A DNA stretch of 64,000 nucleotides from Amoebidium appalachense. Lineage: Eukaryota; Protista; Ichthyosporea. The stretch lies in assembly GCA_963693365.1 (NCBI GenBank), contig CAVNZM010000015.1, positions 248,001 through 312,000 on the forward strand. Direction: 5' to 3'. Below, piece by piece: positions 36,332 to 47,961 of the stretch. The notes below the pieces were generated by a model. It had not been told where the DNA came from and searched no databases. It saw only the letters and a program-made list of their open reading frames with translations. Position 1 is the first letter of the stretch. The number at the start of each line of letters is the position of its first letter. The position numbers were made by a program, and so were the translations under genes.

Positions 36332-38334
36332 CTATTCTACACGTGCTCTCTTGAACTTGGCCCGATTAGCCTCAATCTCTGCCTTGCGGGTTCCCTTCTT
36401 AAAGTTGGGGTCGTACTTGGGGCAAATTGGTGACCCCCCAAAGTGCCCCTTCTGCTTGCAGGAGTGGCATTCGAATTTGAGGGCCGGGCACGTCTTGCCT
36501 TCGGCGTGGCTGCCGTACTTGCACCCACGGTTGCAGGGGGTGGTGCCCATGCGCGAAAAAATAGACGGCTTCTCGCTGGCACCAGATCCACCACCGGGTT
36601 GCTGTTTTGTGGGGGGTTTCTGTGTTAGAATGGTGGATGGGGTTCGTGTGTGCCTGTCTCTTTCTTTTTCTGCGAGATAGGCAACAACTCCAGACAGGGT
36701 CAATTCTTCTTCTTTTCGTGTTTGTCTGAGTTGATATTTGCGAAATTCTTGTTCGTCTTCCCCACCCAATCGGTGAGACAAATCCAAAATTTGGTGTGCC
36801 TCAGACTTAAGGGGGTACACACACGTGCCCACAAACGCGCATGCCTGCTTGCAAATTCGGCCACCTTTTGCTTGCCTTGTTTGAGTGCATTTAATTCGGC
36901 ACTGAGTGCCTCTTGCACACGCTGGTCGTGAAATTTCGTAACTAGTGCATGTGCAAATGCATCAAACGTGAGTTCTCCCTGTGTCCTGGTAAAATTCGTG
37001 TACCACACACGGGCGGGGGAAGCAAGAGGAAAGCACTGCACCGCCCAGCGAACAGCAAGTGTGGGGGGGACCCCTGCAATGCAAAACATCTGCTGGGAAA
37101 ATTCGTGCAGCCATTCAATCACCGTGCATTTATCCTGCAAGTCACCCTTGTATTCTGGTAGTTTCAATGCAGCCAAGATGGGGCCGTATTCGGATGCATG
37201 CAACTGGCGGAGAGGGTGCAACCACAGTTTTTCGTGCTCTGCAAAGTGCTTGTTCAATATAGACCCAGCCTTACCTCCTGAGCCTGTGCTGACATCAGAG
37301 CCTCTCGGGCGACTTGGCGTGCCTGCCAGTCCACCTGCAGACGCCAGAGGGGATCCTGCAAGGGGGATTTCGTTAAATACGGGTGCTTTAGGCTGGTCGA
37401 AGTGATCTTCTTCATGCACTTTCGCAGTCATGTGTTCGTTTTCGTTTGTGGGTGTGTCTTCGTAACTTTGTTCGTGTTTTTCTTCATTTTCAGCATCAGA
37501 ATCAGTGTAGCTGAGTGTGCGCGCAAGCACATCCTTATATGTAAATTTAGTGGGGGGTGCGGGAGGTGCAATTACCTTGGGATCAGTGCACCCAGATGGG
37601 ACCGGGGACAAAGGCTTCTTGCCTGTGGTGGGTGGGGGAGGACGGGGGGTGGTGGGCACCGTCGTATTTTTCACACGTGCCTCAGCCACCAACTGTGCTT
37701 CCCGCTCCAACTCAGACCATTTCGCGGACGTGCACAACATTCTAGACAGTGTGGTGTCTTCCATCTGCGAAATCTCACTGTAAATCTGCGCGACATCAGC
37801 TTCGAGGTCCATCACAGGCCGCCCAGCATCGATTGCAGTTTGAATGGCACGTCTCAGAGTTTCAATACGATAGAACTTGGAGAGAACACGGCCCCGCACC
37901 TCTGCCAGAGCTGTGGCAGTGTCCCGGTCTTGTTTCGTTTTTTCCTTCGTTGCTACTTGAAGTTCGTTCGTGTGTTTGTTGGTGTTCGTGTGTTCGTTGG
38001 TGTTCGTATGTTCGTTGGTTTTCGTGTGTTCGTTGCGCTTCGTTTTGTCTTTGGGTTTCGTGCTTTCGTTGGGCTTCGTTTGTTCGTTGCCAGTGGGCTT
38101 CGTAGTTGCCTTTGTGTTCGTGTGTGTGTTGGGTTTTGTGATCGTGTTCGGTTTCTGGGGAGCACGAGGCTGTGTAGGGGGAGGGGTGGGGAGTGTTTTC
38201 GTGCCCTGCCCCGGAGTCTTGGCTTTCTTCTGCGTTGGGGGCGGCGGTTTGACTGCGGTAGGCTTCTTGGTGTCACGTGTCAGTTTGCTTTCATTGTCCG
38301 AGAGTACAGGGTAGTCGTCAAATTCGCCCGCCAT
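36332..38334 (-). CDS. gag: Gag with two zinc knuckles (one frameshift at ~36813)
   Basis: ATG at 38334, just downstream of the PBS. K/P/T-rich N-terminus with NEHTNT repeats; capsid-like ARVWY..LKQGKQKVAEF; CNRGCKYGSHAEGKTCPA and CHSCKQKGHFGGSPIC in the 36332-36832 frame. Confidence 0.85.
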
Positions 38335-38371
38335 GGTTGAAGAGATTCTTGAAAGATGTGAGATTCTGGAA

Positions 38372-38385
38372 CTGCGCGGTCGCCA
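38372..38385 (-). other. tRNA primer-binding site of the gypsy element
   Basis: TGGCGACCGCG 1 nt from the LTR end; complementary to a tRNA ending CGCGGTC-G-CCA (identity not determined, Ser or Asn plausible). Confidence 0.85.
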
Positions 38386-38386
38386 A

Positions 38387-38978
38387 TGTAAACAGTTGAA
38401 CTAGTTGGGATAAGGCAGAGAACAACTGAATCAGAATAAAGACAGAGAACGGGTAGTAAGGCACACGCGGCCAGGTTACTATTTAATGTGCTCGTTCAGA
38501 GTGATCCCCCGTACTGGGACGGCTTGTTTATATAGCCCCCAGGTTCCGGATCATCTGGATGGGTGGCATTGATGCCTTCGTGACTTCTGACCAGTCAGAA
38601 GAGTGCGGTCGTCTTTATGTGCACACAGTGCACCAATAACATGAAGCTAACTAAAAGGATAACTTTGTGGCAAATGATTGGTCAATACTTAAGCCCGTTT
38701 AGGTTTATGCAACTGGGTCTGATTTCCTTATTGGTTCCGTTCGTTTAGCTATAGATGTCGCCTCCGTAGTGGATGAGACTTGCATTCCTATCCTAGCGGT
38801 TCTCGAATTCTATTGGTTCATACTGACTGCACGGCCACTGCATATTGCCGGCGCCGCGGCTCAGTCGTGAGCCGCAGCCCGCGGCTGTCGCGTGTGATAT
38901 TGATCTGATCATATGTACACAATATCTACGTGATCACTATGATATGTACAGTATATTCGTAATAGTAAACATGTACGG
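38387..38978 (-). repeat. 5' LTR of the gypsy element (main part; last 18 bp at 41676-41693)
   Basis: Matches 30749-31340 at a constant offset of 7638. Confidence 0.97.
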
Positions 38979-41670
38979 TGTCATGTGCTGAGCTGATTCG
39001 TATTAGTTTACTTCTATATTTTGTGTTTTGGTGAGTTAATTTCGGGGGTTTTCTTGCATAGTGATGCCGGGGTCTAAATGGGGTATGAGGAGATTAATCA
39101 GTGGTATGGGGAGAATCTGATGCAGCGGCGGCTGATTGTTTGGTGCGCGCGTGCATGCCCCATGCCTCTGCGTACTCTCCATGTTAAATGTTGTATTGCT
39201 TCTTGCTGTGTGCGTGGCGAGACCCATGTTGCCTGCTCGCGTGTGTGTATGCTTATATGTATTGTGAGTAAACGTGTGTACGTGTTGTAGTGCTGTAGGG
39301 GTGTCTGAGGTCGCGGTAGCCAATGGTGTGGAGTGCGTGTAGTCTGTGGGGGAGGGAGTGTTGTGATTGGCTGAATGTCACTGTGGTATTTGTCTGGCCA
39401 GTGGGCCGCGTGTCTGTGAAGTGTCTCGCGGGCTTTTGGAAGTTCTTCTCAGAACACAAAAAACTCGCTTCCCACCCAACTCAAAGAAAAGTTTATACGT
39501 ATACACGGTTTCGAGCCCCTTTAAGCGTGCAGATAGTTAGAGTAGTTTGTATACACTCTGTTTGTAGCTACGACAAGCTACACCCCCTTTCTCTGCAGTT
39601 TTTTGCAGGGAGGGGGCACACGCACTGTTAGTCCTTCTGGGCTGTTGCTTTCACCCCTAGTTTTTTTTTTTTTCACGCCTAGCGGTTATGAGTGGTTTTG
39701 TCTTAGGCCTTTTTCGACGGTTAGAGGTAGAAGAAACATACGCACACACAGGCCTACAGCTAGCAACAGTTGGCATAGGCAACTTGAGCAGTAGGACTTA
39801 GTCTAGTATCACAGGGGACTTAGTCCTCGCTAAGGACCTTGACCTCCCTAGGTGACTTAGCAAGCTCAGGGCCGTTTGCCCAGCAGAGGCCTCAGAGGGG
39901 ACCGGCGGCAGTCACCCTCCCCACGGCGCTACCAGCCCTACCAGCCACGGCCACAACGGGATAACAGATGGGCCAGGCTGGCGTCTTTGGGGCGGGACAG
40001 CAAGAGCCGGCGCCAGGCTCTTTCCCAGGCACCTGTGACAACTGCAAGGAGCGGGGGCAACGCGTGGTGTAAACAGCCCCGTCGTGGGGGGCAGGGACGT
40101 CGGTGACCGTGTTGCTGGTATGAAGGTTTTATTAGGGGGTAGGCCATCTCTTGGGTTGTTGTTGTTGTAATACTATGGGAGTAACTGTTGTGTGGTGTTA
40201 TTTTTCGGCGAGTTTTCTACTGGTGCCTGGCGTTTTCGACGTGTGTATGAGTCCTGTGTTGGCGACGTGTGTGGTTAGGGTCAGTGGAATAGAAAGTCCT
40301 GCTGCTGTCTGGGAGCTCGGCCCTCTGACGAGGGGGCTGGGGGGGGGTCGAAATGTAGTCATGGCAGTGGCAGGCCCCCACTGTTGTGAACCCCCGTCGT
40401 CAAAGGGCCTGGTGCTGAGGCCCCTTGGAGTGGCTGCCCTGGGCCTGGTGTTGAGGCCCTTTGGAGTGGCTGCCCGTAGTGTTGTTGAGTAGTGTTGTGG
40501 TGCCCAGTGCAGCAGTAGGCCTTAGACACACCGCTGGGTAGGGCACGGTTGGGGCGGAGGCATTCCCAAACCACCGGGACCTACGTAGTAGGAGTCTTTG
40601 TCGGGTAGAGGAATGGCCAGCAAGAGAGTCTGGAGGTGTACGTCACATGAGTCTGGAGGTGTTCGTCAGTGGCATGTTAGGTTTTGCTAGGAATTCTTTG
40701 TGGATGGGGCATGCTGAGTGTGGTTGTATGGATGGTGTCTGTTATCATGTCTGTTGCTATGTTCCACTCGATATAACATTGTGCCAGGGGCATGGGGTTT
40801 TGGGTGCAGATTGTGGACGGGGGCAGAGGTGCATCTACAGGGCAACGTCAGTGGCGGTTCATAATTATCCTTGTTTTGGGGTTGGGTTGGGTATTAACCA
40901 TGGTGGGGTGGTGTGTGGATGTATGTATATGTTTTATGTTATATGTTAAATGTTGCTTCCTGCATGGGTAGCGGTAGTTGTAGTCGCTCAGCACATAACT
41001 TTATTTTGTTTTTAGGTAGTTTTTACTGAGGTGGAACTCAGTTATTTTCTGTGCGAGGGGGGAGTTGTCATGTGCTGAGCTGATTCGTATTAGTTTACTT
41101 CTATATTTTGTGTTTTGGTGAGTTAATTTCGGGGGTTTTCTTGCATAGTGATGCCGGGGTCTAAATGGGGTATGAGGAGATTAATCAGTGGTATGGGGAG
41201 AATCTGATGCAGCGGCGGCTGATTGTTTGGTGCGCGCGTGCATGCCCCATGCCTCTGCGTACTCTCCATGTTAAATGTTGTATTGCTTCTTGCTGTGTGC
41301 GTGGCGAGACCCATGTTGCCTGCTCGCGTGTGTGTATGCTTATATGTATTGTGAGTAAACGTGTGTACGTGTTGTAGTGCTGTAGGGGTGTCTGAGGTCG
41401 CGGTAGCCAATGGTGTGGAGTGCGTGTAGTCTGTGGGGGAGGGAGTGTTGTGATTGGCTGAATGTCACTGTGGTATTTGTCTGGCCAGTGGGCCGCGTGT
41501 CTGTGAAGTGTCTCGCGGGGTCGCGGGCTTTTGGAAGTTCTTCTCAGAACACAAAAAACTCGCTTCCCACCCAACTCAAAGAAAAGTTTATACGTATACA
41601 CGGTTTCGAGCCCCTTTAAGCGTGCAGATAGTTAGAGTAGTTTGTATACACTCTGTTTGTAGCTACGACA
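38979..41670 (+). mobile_element. Non-autonomous LTR retroelement (2692 bp) nested in the host 5' LTR
   Basis: LTRs 38979-39575 and 41066-41670 (TGTCA..CGACA), identical by eye except for an 8-bp duplication. TSD TACGG (38974-78, 41671-75); PPT GAGGGGGGAG at 41055-41064; no pol ORF. Confidence 0.96.
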
Positions 41671-41870
41671 TACGGCGTGTACAGATGTTTACACCCGTTC
41701 TGGTTTTACCATATGGGTGATTTCGGTGACTCAGGGTTTCATTGACAAGTCGGACTAATTATTCCTATTACACTCTATTAATCGGACTGAGTGGGTGTTT
41801 TTTGTGGCATTTCCGAACCCAACGCTGAGGGTCTACTACACAATTACAAACACGAATTTGTGACGCTTGT

Positions 41871-42194
41871 TGTCAGTGCCAATAACACACACACACACAC
41901 ACAGAAAGAGAGGAGGGGTGGGTGGGTGAGGGGAGAGGGGGAGGGGGGGGGGGGGGGACGGGGAGAGGGGGGGGGGGGGGGGGGGGGAGAGAGAGAGAGA
42001 CGGAGAGAGAGAGAGGAGAGAAAGAGAGGGAGAGGGAGAGGCGGATCTATAGCTAGTGAGGGGGCCGAGAGGGGGAGGAGTCGGGGGGGGGGGGGGGGGA
42101 AGGGAGGAGAGAGAGAGTGTGTGAGAGAGAGAGGGAGAGGGAGAGAGCCTCCGAGAGAGGGGGAGAGAGAGAGAGAGAGGGGGGGGGGGGGGGG

Positions 42195-42225
<31 letters not shown>

Positions 42226-42486
42226 GAGTGTGTGTGTGTGTCAGTGCCAATAACACACACACACACACACACACAGAGAGAAAGAGAGGAGGGGGTGGGT
42301 GGGTGAGGGGAGAGGGGGGAGGGGGACGGGCAATGGGGGGGGGGGGGGGGAGAGAGAGAGAGAGAGAGAGAGACGGAGAGAGAGACGGAGAGAGAGAGAG
42401 GAGAGAGAGAGAGGGAGAGGGAGAAGCGGATCTAGTGAGGGGGCCGAGAGGGGAGGAGTCGGAGGGGGAAGGGGGGGGGGGGAAGG

Positions 42487-42525
<39 letters not shown>

Positions 42526-42543
42526 GGAGAGCCTCCGAGAGAG

Positions 42544-42585
<42 letters not shown>

Positions 42586-42620
42586 ACACACAGAGAGAGA
42601 GAGAGAGAGTGTGTGTGTGT
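41871..42620. repeat. Tandem duplication of a ~370-bp purine-rich low-complexity unit
   Basis: TGTCAGTGCCAATAACACAC at 41871 and 42239; CTAGTGAGGGGGCCGAGAG and GAGAGCCTCCGAGAG each occur twice. Confidence 0.8.
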
Positions 42621-42662
42621 GTGGGAGAGAGAGCTCGAGAGAGACAGAGGGAGAGAGATAGA

Positions 42663-42731
<69 letters not shown>

Positions 42732-45201
42732 AGGGAGAGACGCACACATACATACATCTTGCGTGGAAATGTAGCACTCTCTCTGGTCATATGCATTCAC
42801 AGCTGAGGCTCGAATCCGGAAGTGCCTAGCACTGCCTACCGTAGTAACCTACCCACGTGACGATTCCGTGACTCTAGTGTGTGAAGATGCCCATGTAAGC
42901 AAAGTAACATAGAAGCAACTCAGATAGGTGTCGTATCGTAGTAGCAAGCGACTCGGAGTGTATCGATATCCACGCCATCTGCAAGTTCGCAGTGCACAAA
43001 TGAACAGAATGGATTGGGCGCCAAACCGTCGAAATCCGAGGTCAGCAGCCTCAGACTCGGTGTGTCGTGAAAACATACTGTAACCAAACTTAAGGGCATA
43101 TTAGAGCTCTGATTCGAAGTGAGACGTATACTATGAGCGCCTTCACCCCTTTCCCCCCAGCCCGTTGGCCGTTGCACACACACAAACACACACACACACA
43201 CACACACAATCGCGCTGCCACCTACTGAGATGGCTCCTTATTTTTCCTTACACATTCAGCGAACACTGGACTCTATCGAACCGTCGAGGCGCCGCGACAG
43301 AAAGCCGCATGCACGCGGTCGCGAGAGTGTAAGGACACGGCCCTCGAGGGCCGTGGTAAGGAGCGAACGTAAAGTCCATCGCAGCGCGTGCACACCCTCA
43401 GTATGTGTGTGCAATCGCGCCACCCATGGCCACCTAAATGCCGTGCACGTGAGCGTTCCGCTTCGTTCGGGACGTTTATTTTTAGAAGCAACGGCCGAAT
43501 GAGCCGGTGCGCGTGTTCGCCGAATGGTCATTCAAACTTCCAAGGCTGACCCTATTGGCCTATCGCACCAGCAAAAGCTCGGTGTGACCTTCCTCCAATC
43601 AGATAAGACGCATTCCCGGTTGAGTTGACCCGGGCCGGATTTATTGATGACGATGTGGCTACTTTACGTGTTTGAAAACGAGTCTGTCAGCTTTATATTT
43701 ATCCCTCATTTTCAGCTCTGGCGACGAATGCCCAAATCTTCATGTCTGTAAGTTACAGTGTAACAAATTGTGATCGACCAGCGCGATGGGCATCACAAAA
43801 ATTTATGATAGGCTTTCGTTATCTGCAGATGGCGGAACCATACAAATTGAAAATTTAATGGAATAAAAGAGAGGTGCGTATGTACAGTACAGTAAATTGC
43901 ATGCAAATATTTTTGTCAAATTTTCTAGAATAAACGTATGTAGCACTCTACAGCAAACTACGGTCTATCACATGGACCAACACTCCAGCCATTGTTGGCA
44001 AAACCTGGTATGAAAGGAATTTGTTCACGATTTAAATGATTGGTCGATTTGATTAGCCGTAAGAAAGAAGCTCGGCACAAGATCCAGATGGCAGGGACAA
44101 GGGAAAATTTCTCTACACCTAATAACAGAAATTAGAACGGGACAAGCGATTTTATTTATATTTTCATATGCTCCTGCGAGCGATGGCTTTTGCTCTATTC
44201 AATCTTTTGCATGGGCGTCTTCATAACCAGCTTGAAGTTGGCAGATTGGGTTCGATTTCCAGCCCTGGTGGCCTGGGGGTCGAGGTTATTTTTAGTGGCC
44301 AGATCTAGATCCGGATCCACGTCCGAGCTTCTTTTTTTTTTAGGACAAACAGTTAGATATATGCTAACGCCTAGAAGTTTCTAGACGTCTACTTTGAAAG
44401 AAAATAAATACAATGTTTTGAAAAGCTTCTAAAAGTTGGTGTCTTTCGTGAATAAAAATCTGAATAAACGACGTGGCGTGGCTCGCCACGTGGTAACGAA
44501 AAAGCCTTTGATCACTTTACCCTCCTCTAGGAGTATCTTATCCAACGATTGATGCGGAACCGACCAATCGGAGGCGGGATATGTTATCTTCTGGCACGGC
44601 CTCTGAACGGGAGCTAATGGCGTGGAATAAGAGTAGAGAAGAGAGTCAAGAAGAATTATCGCCCTCTCCTTTCCTGTAAGGTTCTAAAAGACTCTACTAA
44701 CAGAATAGCTTAAAGTAAAAGAAGAGACGAAAGAAGAAGAATTACCGCCCTCTCCTTTCCTTGCCAGTGTCAACCCCGGCCACTTTCTCCATTGCCATGT
44801 TGTGTTATAATCTTTTTCCCGATTGGGTCGGAGCCCGGCTCTAGGAGTTCGTTTTCTCCACGATAGAAAAATAAATAACTATTGGGCATTTGTGAAAGGT
44901 TTGAGTTATGGATCACCGATCATGCCATCGATCATGATCATGATCATCATCGTGCCGCGTGGCTGTGAGTCTGTCAACTCGAGCCTCGCGATACATACTG
45001 TAAACATATGGCGTTCAGTATGGCATATAGCCAACCTTTTGTATGTAGCGCGTGGTTACTGGTCAGTTGCCAAGTGGTGAGTCATGCAAAGACGCAATAA
45101 TTAGCCTTATGATAGTATTGGTACTGTGCACGTACCACTAAGTAACTACTACTAGCTCTTGAAGAAAACATTGTATACAATGAGAGGGGAATCATATCTG
45201 T

Positions 45202-45242
<41 letters not shown>

Positions 45243-46008
45243 ATTTAGGGGGTTTAGGGCCAGAAAATTGTCCCTGAAAATCCGAAAGTTGTCCCTACCT
45301 TTTTGAGGGTAGGTCCATCAATTTTAAAAAAACTGGCCCTAATTAGCAGAGCCAAATATATAAGAAAAAATACCGCAAAAACGATTGTTGGCTCTAATAG
45401 GGCCATCCAGGCTGGTGGAAAGTTACCAAAATGGCACCAGCCAAAAACAAATTTCACACCCGGGCCCCGGGAATGTGACATAAAATGAAGATGGTTGGTC
45501 ATCTTTGACCTTTTCAGCCGTCTTACACACTTCGAGTAGAGGGGCAGGGTTACCAGGGTATCTAATATGTTACCACGTGTTCTTATGTTCTGTTGCCGAG
45601 CGATCTTATCCGTGAGCCTCTGTCCCTTCGTGTTGATCCTGTTGCAAAACAACTGCAGTTTCTGCACCCTCTCATGATCATATGCATGGCTACGCTCATT
45701 CTTGGGTGGCACAACGGATTAGAAAGTAACCCTAATACTCGCAAAGTGTTATGTTTTTAGTAGTGGGTGTGTTATGTCTGTCTGCTGCATGCAACAGTAC
45801 CAATACAAGGTCTAGACCTGTCGACACATTTAGATCATTTACAACGTACTGTGGATTCAGTCCGATTTCCCCATAATCATTTTTTCCCCCTCTCGGTTGA
45901 AATAAGTGTCCGGGTGGTTTACCCAGTTCATTCGGATTGAATGTATAGCGTAGAAGGCCAATAACATTTACAATATTGCCCCTCTCACGTTGGTGAGTGC
46001 AAGCAACC

Positions 46009-47925
46009 ATGGCGGTACGTGTTCTTTGTTCAAGCATTATTTTGGCTGCATTCACGGCCCTTTCACACGGAGAAGGGAACGTTGGGGTGTCAACCGTCCC
46101 TCCACCACCACCGGCAAACCAGGCCCCAGTTCTAGACGTGTTTGGAGAGATTCAGGAGGTATATATCCCCTCCCCCACCCCTACCCCTACACCACCCCAC
46201 CCCCCACCCCACCCCACCCCCCTCTAACCCCGTCCCCTCCCCACCCTCAAGCCCAATCGTGACAAGTATTGAATGAATCACACGGGAACCAAAAGGAAAA
46301 CATGCCCCGGGTTGTTTTTGGTACTTGGAGCTGTTGTTCAACCCACCATCATGCATACACATATTTGGTTCAGAACTCAGACAAGTGCATGCAAGTTTTA
46401 TCAGATCGGTTATGGTAGTCTGTAACACAGTCAGAGCCGCGTGACCCACTCAGCCATATACACCCACACACACCACGGTAAACCCACACACATACATAGT
46501 ATTACCGCGCTCCGACAGTTACTGTACACACCATGTAATGATAAACGTAATCAATGATATGTGCACCTGTCTAAACAAGTAACCCAAAACATACACTTCT
46601 TCGGAGCTCCCCCTACACAACACACATACACATACAGAGTCACACACACGGGCCACCTGCAGTACTTTAAGTCCTTATAGTATGTCATGATCAACACTTT
46701 CCAATTGACAAAGCCTATTGCATCATAGGGGTCATTCACGGATGCTAGTAATGTGTGTGCGGGGGGGAAGGGGGGGATGAGGGAATGAAGGAGGACAGAT
46801 CGTCCTATACGTGTTTAATTTGTTTGCTGACAGTCTCAGCACTCGAGTGAAATGCTTTTTCAAGCATTTACAGCAATACTCTGAAAAGACTACATGTTAA
46901 ACACCATCTCAACTCCAACTTAAATTGATTATTTTGTTTTATAGGTCGCAGGAGATGTGCCTCTGATTCAGGGACCCCTACGACCAGCCAGCACAAAAGG
47001 CAACCCACCAACGAACCATGGCCAGCTTAAACGAATCGTTAAAGCAAATGCCGCACTCATTCTTGACGGGTCGGCCCGGCTCAGGTTGTCTTTAACGTCC
47101 ACACAAACCGTCACTGCATCGAAGAATCTGAAGGAGAAAGTAGGCGATTTTGAAGTCTGGCAGGGTATTACAGAGGGGGGCTCTGCGGAGGAAAGAGTGT
47201 CTATGGTTGCTGGCCCAAATGGCACCACGTACGGCAAGGCTATCGTAAAAAGCCCTCAGGGGGATTTTACGATCCTTGAAATTCTGCCGATGCAGTCCGA
47301 CCCAACCAGAAGCACGGTTTCGGAGGTTCCCCTTGCTCAGTTTCCCGATGGAAATCCGATAGAAATCCCGAATGCACCAAGTGCCAGGGCGAGTAGGCGC
47401 AGACGACAGACCACGGGAGACAGTGGGGGGACGGTTGATGTGATGGTGCTTTACACACCCGCTGTGACCAATTACTATGGGTTGGCGGGGATACAGGCCA
47501 AGGTTGTGTCTGCGGTGGCTGATGCAAACACGGCACTCTACAACAGCCAGGTGGGTGGGGTGCTCGAGATTAAAATGGGTAGGGTGGTAGTGTACGGGTG
47601 CTCGAGATTGAAAAGGGCAGGGTGGGTGATGTGAAATGGGTGGGGTGGGTGGTGTGCATGTGTTCGAGATTTTGATGGGCAGCCTGACGGGTGGTGTTTA
47701 GGTGGTTTATATTAAGATTTATGAGGTGGGAGGTGTACATGTGGTTTGGATTGAAATGGGCCAGTTGTATGATAGGCGGCGTCCCAGTGTGTGGATATCA
47801 GCCTGTCCGATTGGTTGTCACTTCTTTGTCGCCCCTCTTTTTCTTTTTTATTGGAAGGGGGGAGGGGAGGGGGGCAAATTTTGTTTTGGAAAGGGTTACA
47901 GTGTACCCTATGTATTTCCGTATAT

Positions 47926-47961
<36 letters not shown>

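Larger units (their letters stand above)
30749..41693 (-). mobile_element. Ty3/gypsy LTR retrotransposon with chromodomain integrase (5' LTR interrupted by a nested element)
   Basis: 610-bp LTRs TGTAAACA..TGTTTACA; TSD CCCGT (30744-48, 41694-98); PBS and PPT present; gag then PR-RT-RH-INT-CHD order. Confidence 0.98.

Noticed and set aside
36805-36820. Programmed -1 frameshift inside gag
   Set aside because: C CCC TTA is not a proper X XXY YYZ heptamer and the site is mid-capsid; a homopolymer indel is more likely.
39036-41410. Duplicated 95-aa and 70-aa ORFs
   Set aside because: They lie inside the two LTR copies and have no protein-like features.
42849-43080. Possible minus-strand exon with an in-frame TGA (selenoprotein or pseudogene)
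   Set aside because: No recognisable family, redox motif or SECIS; cannot be supported.
45243-45260. TTTAGGG telomere-like motif
   Set aside because: Only two non-tandem units.
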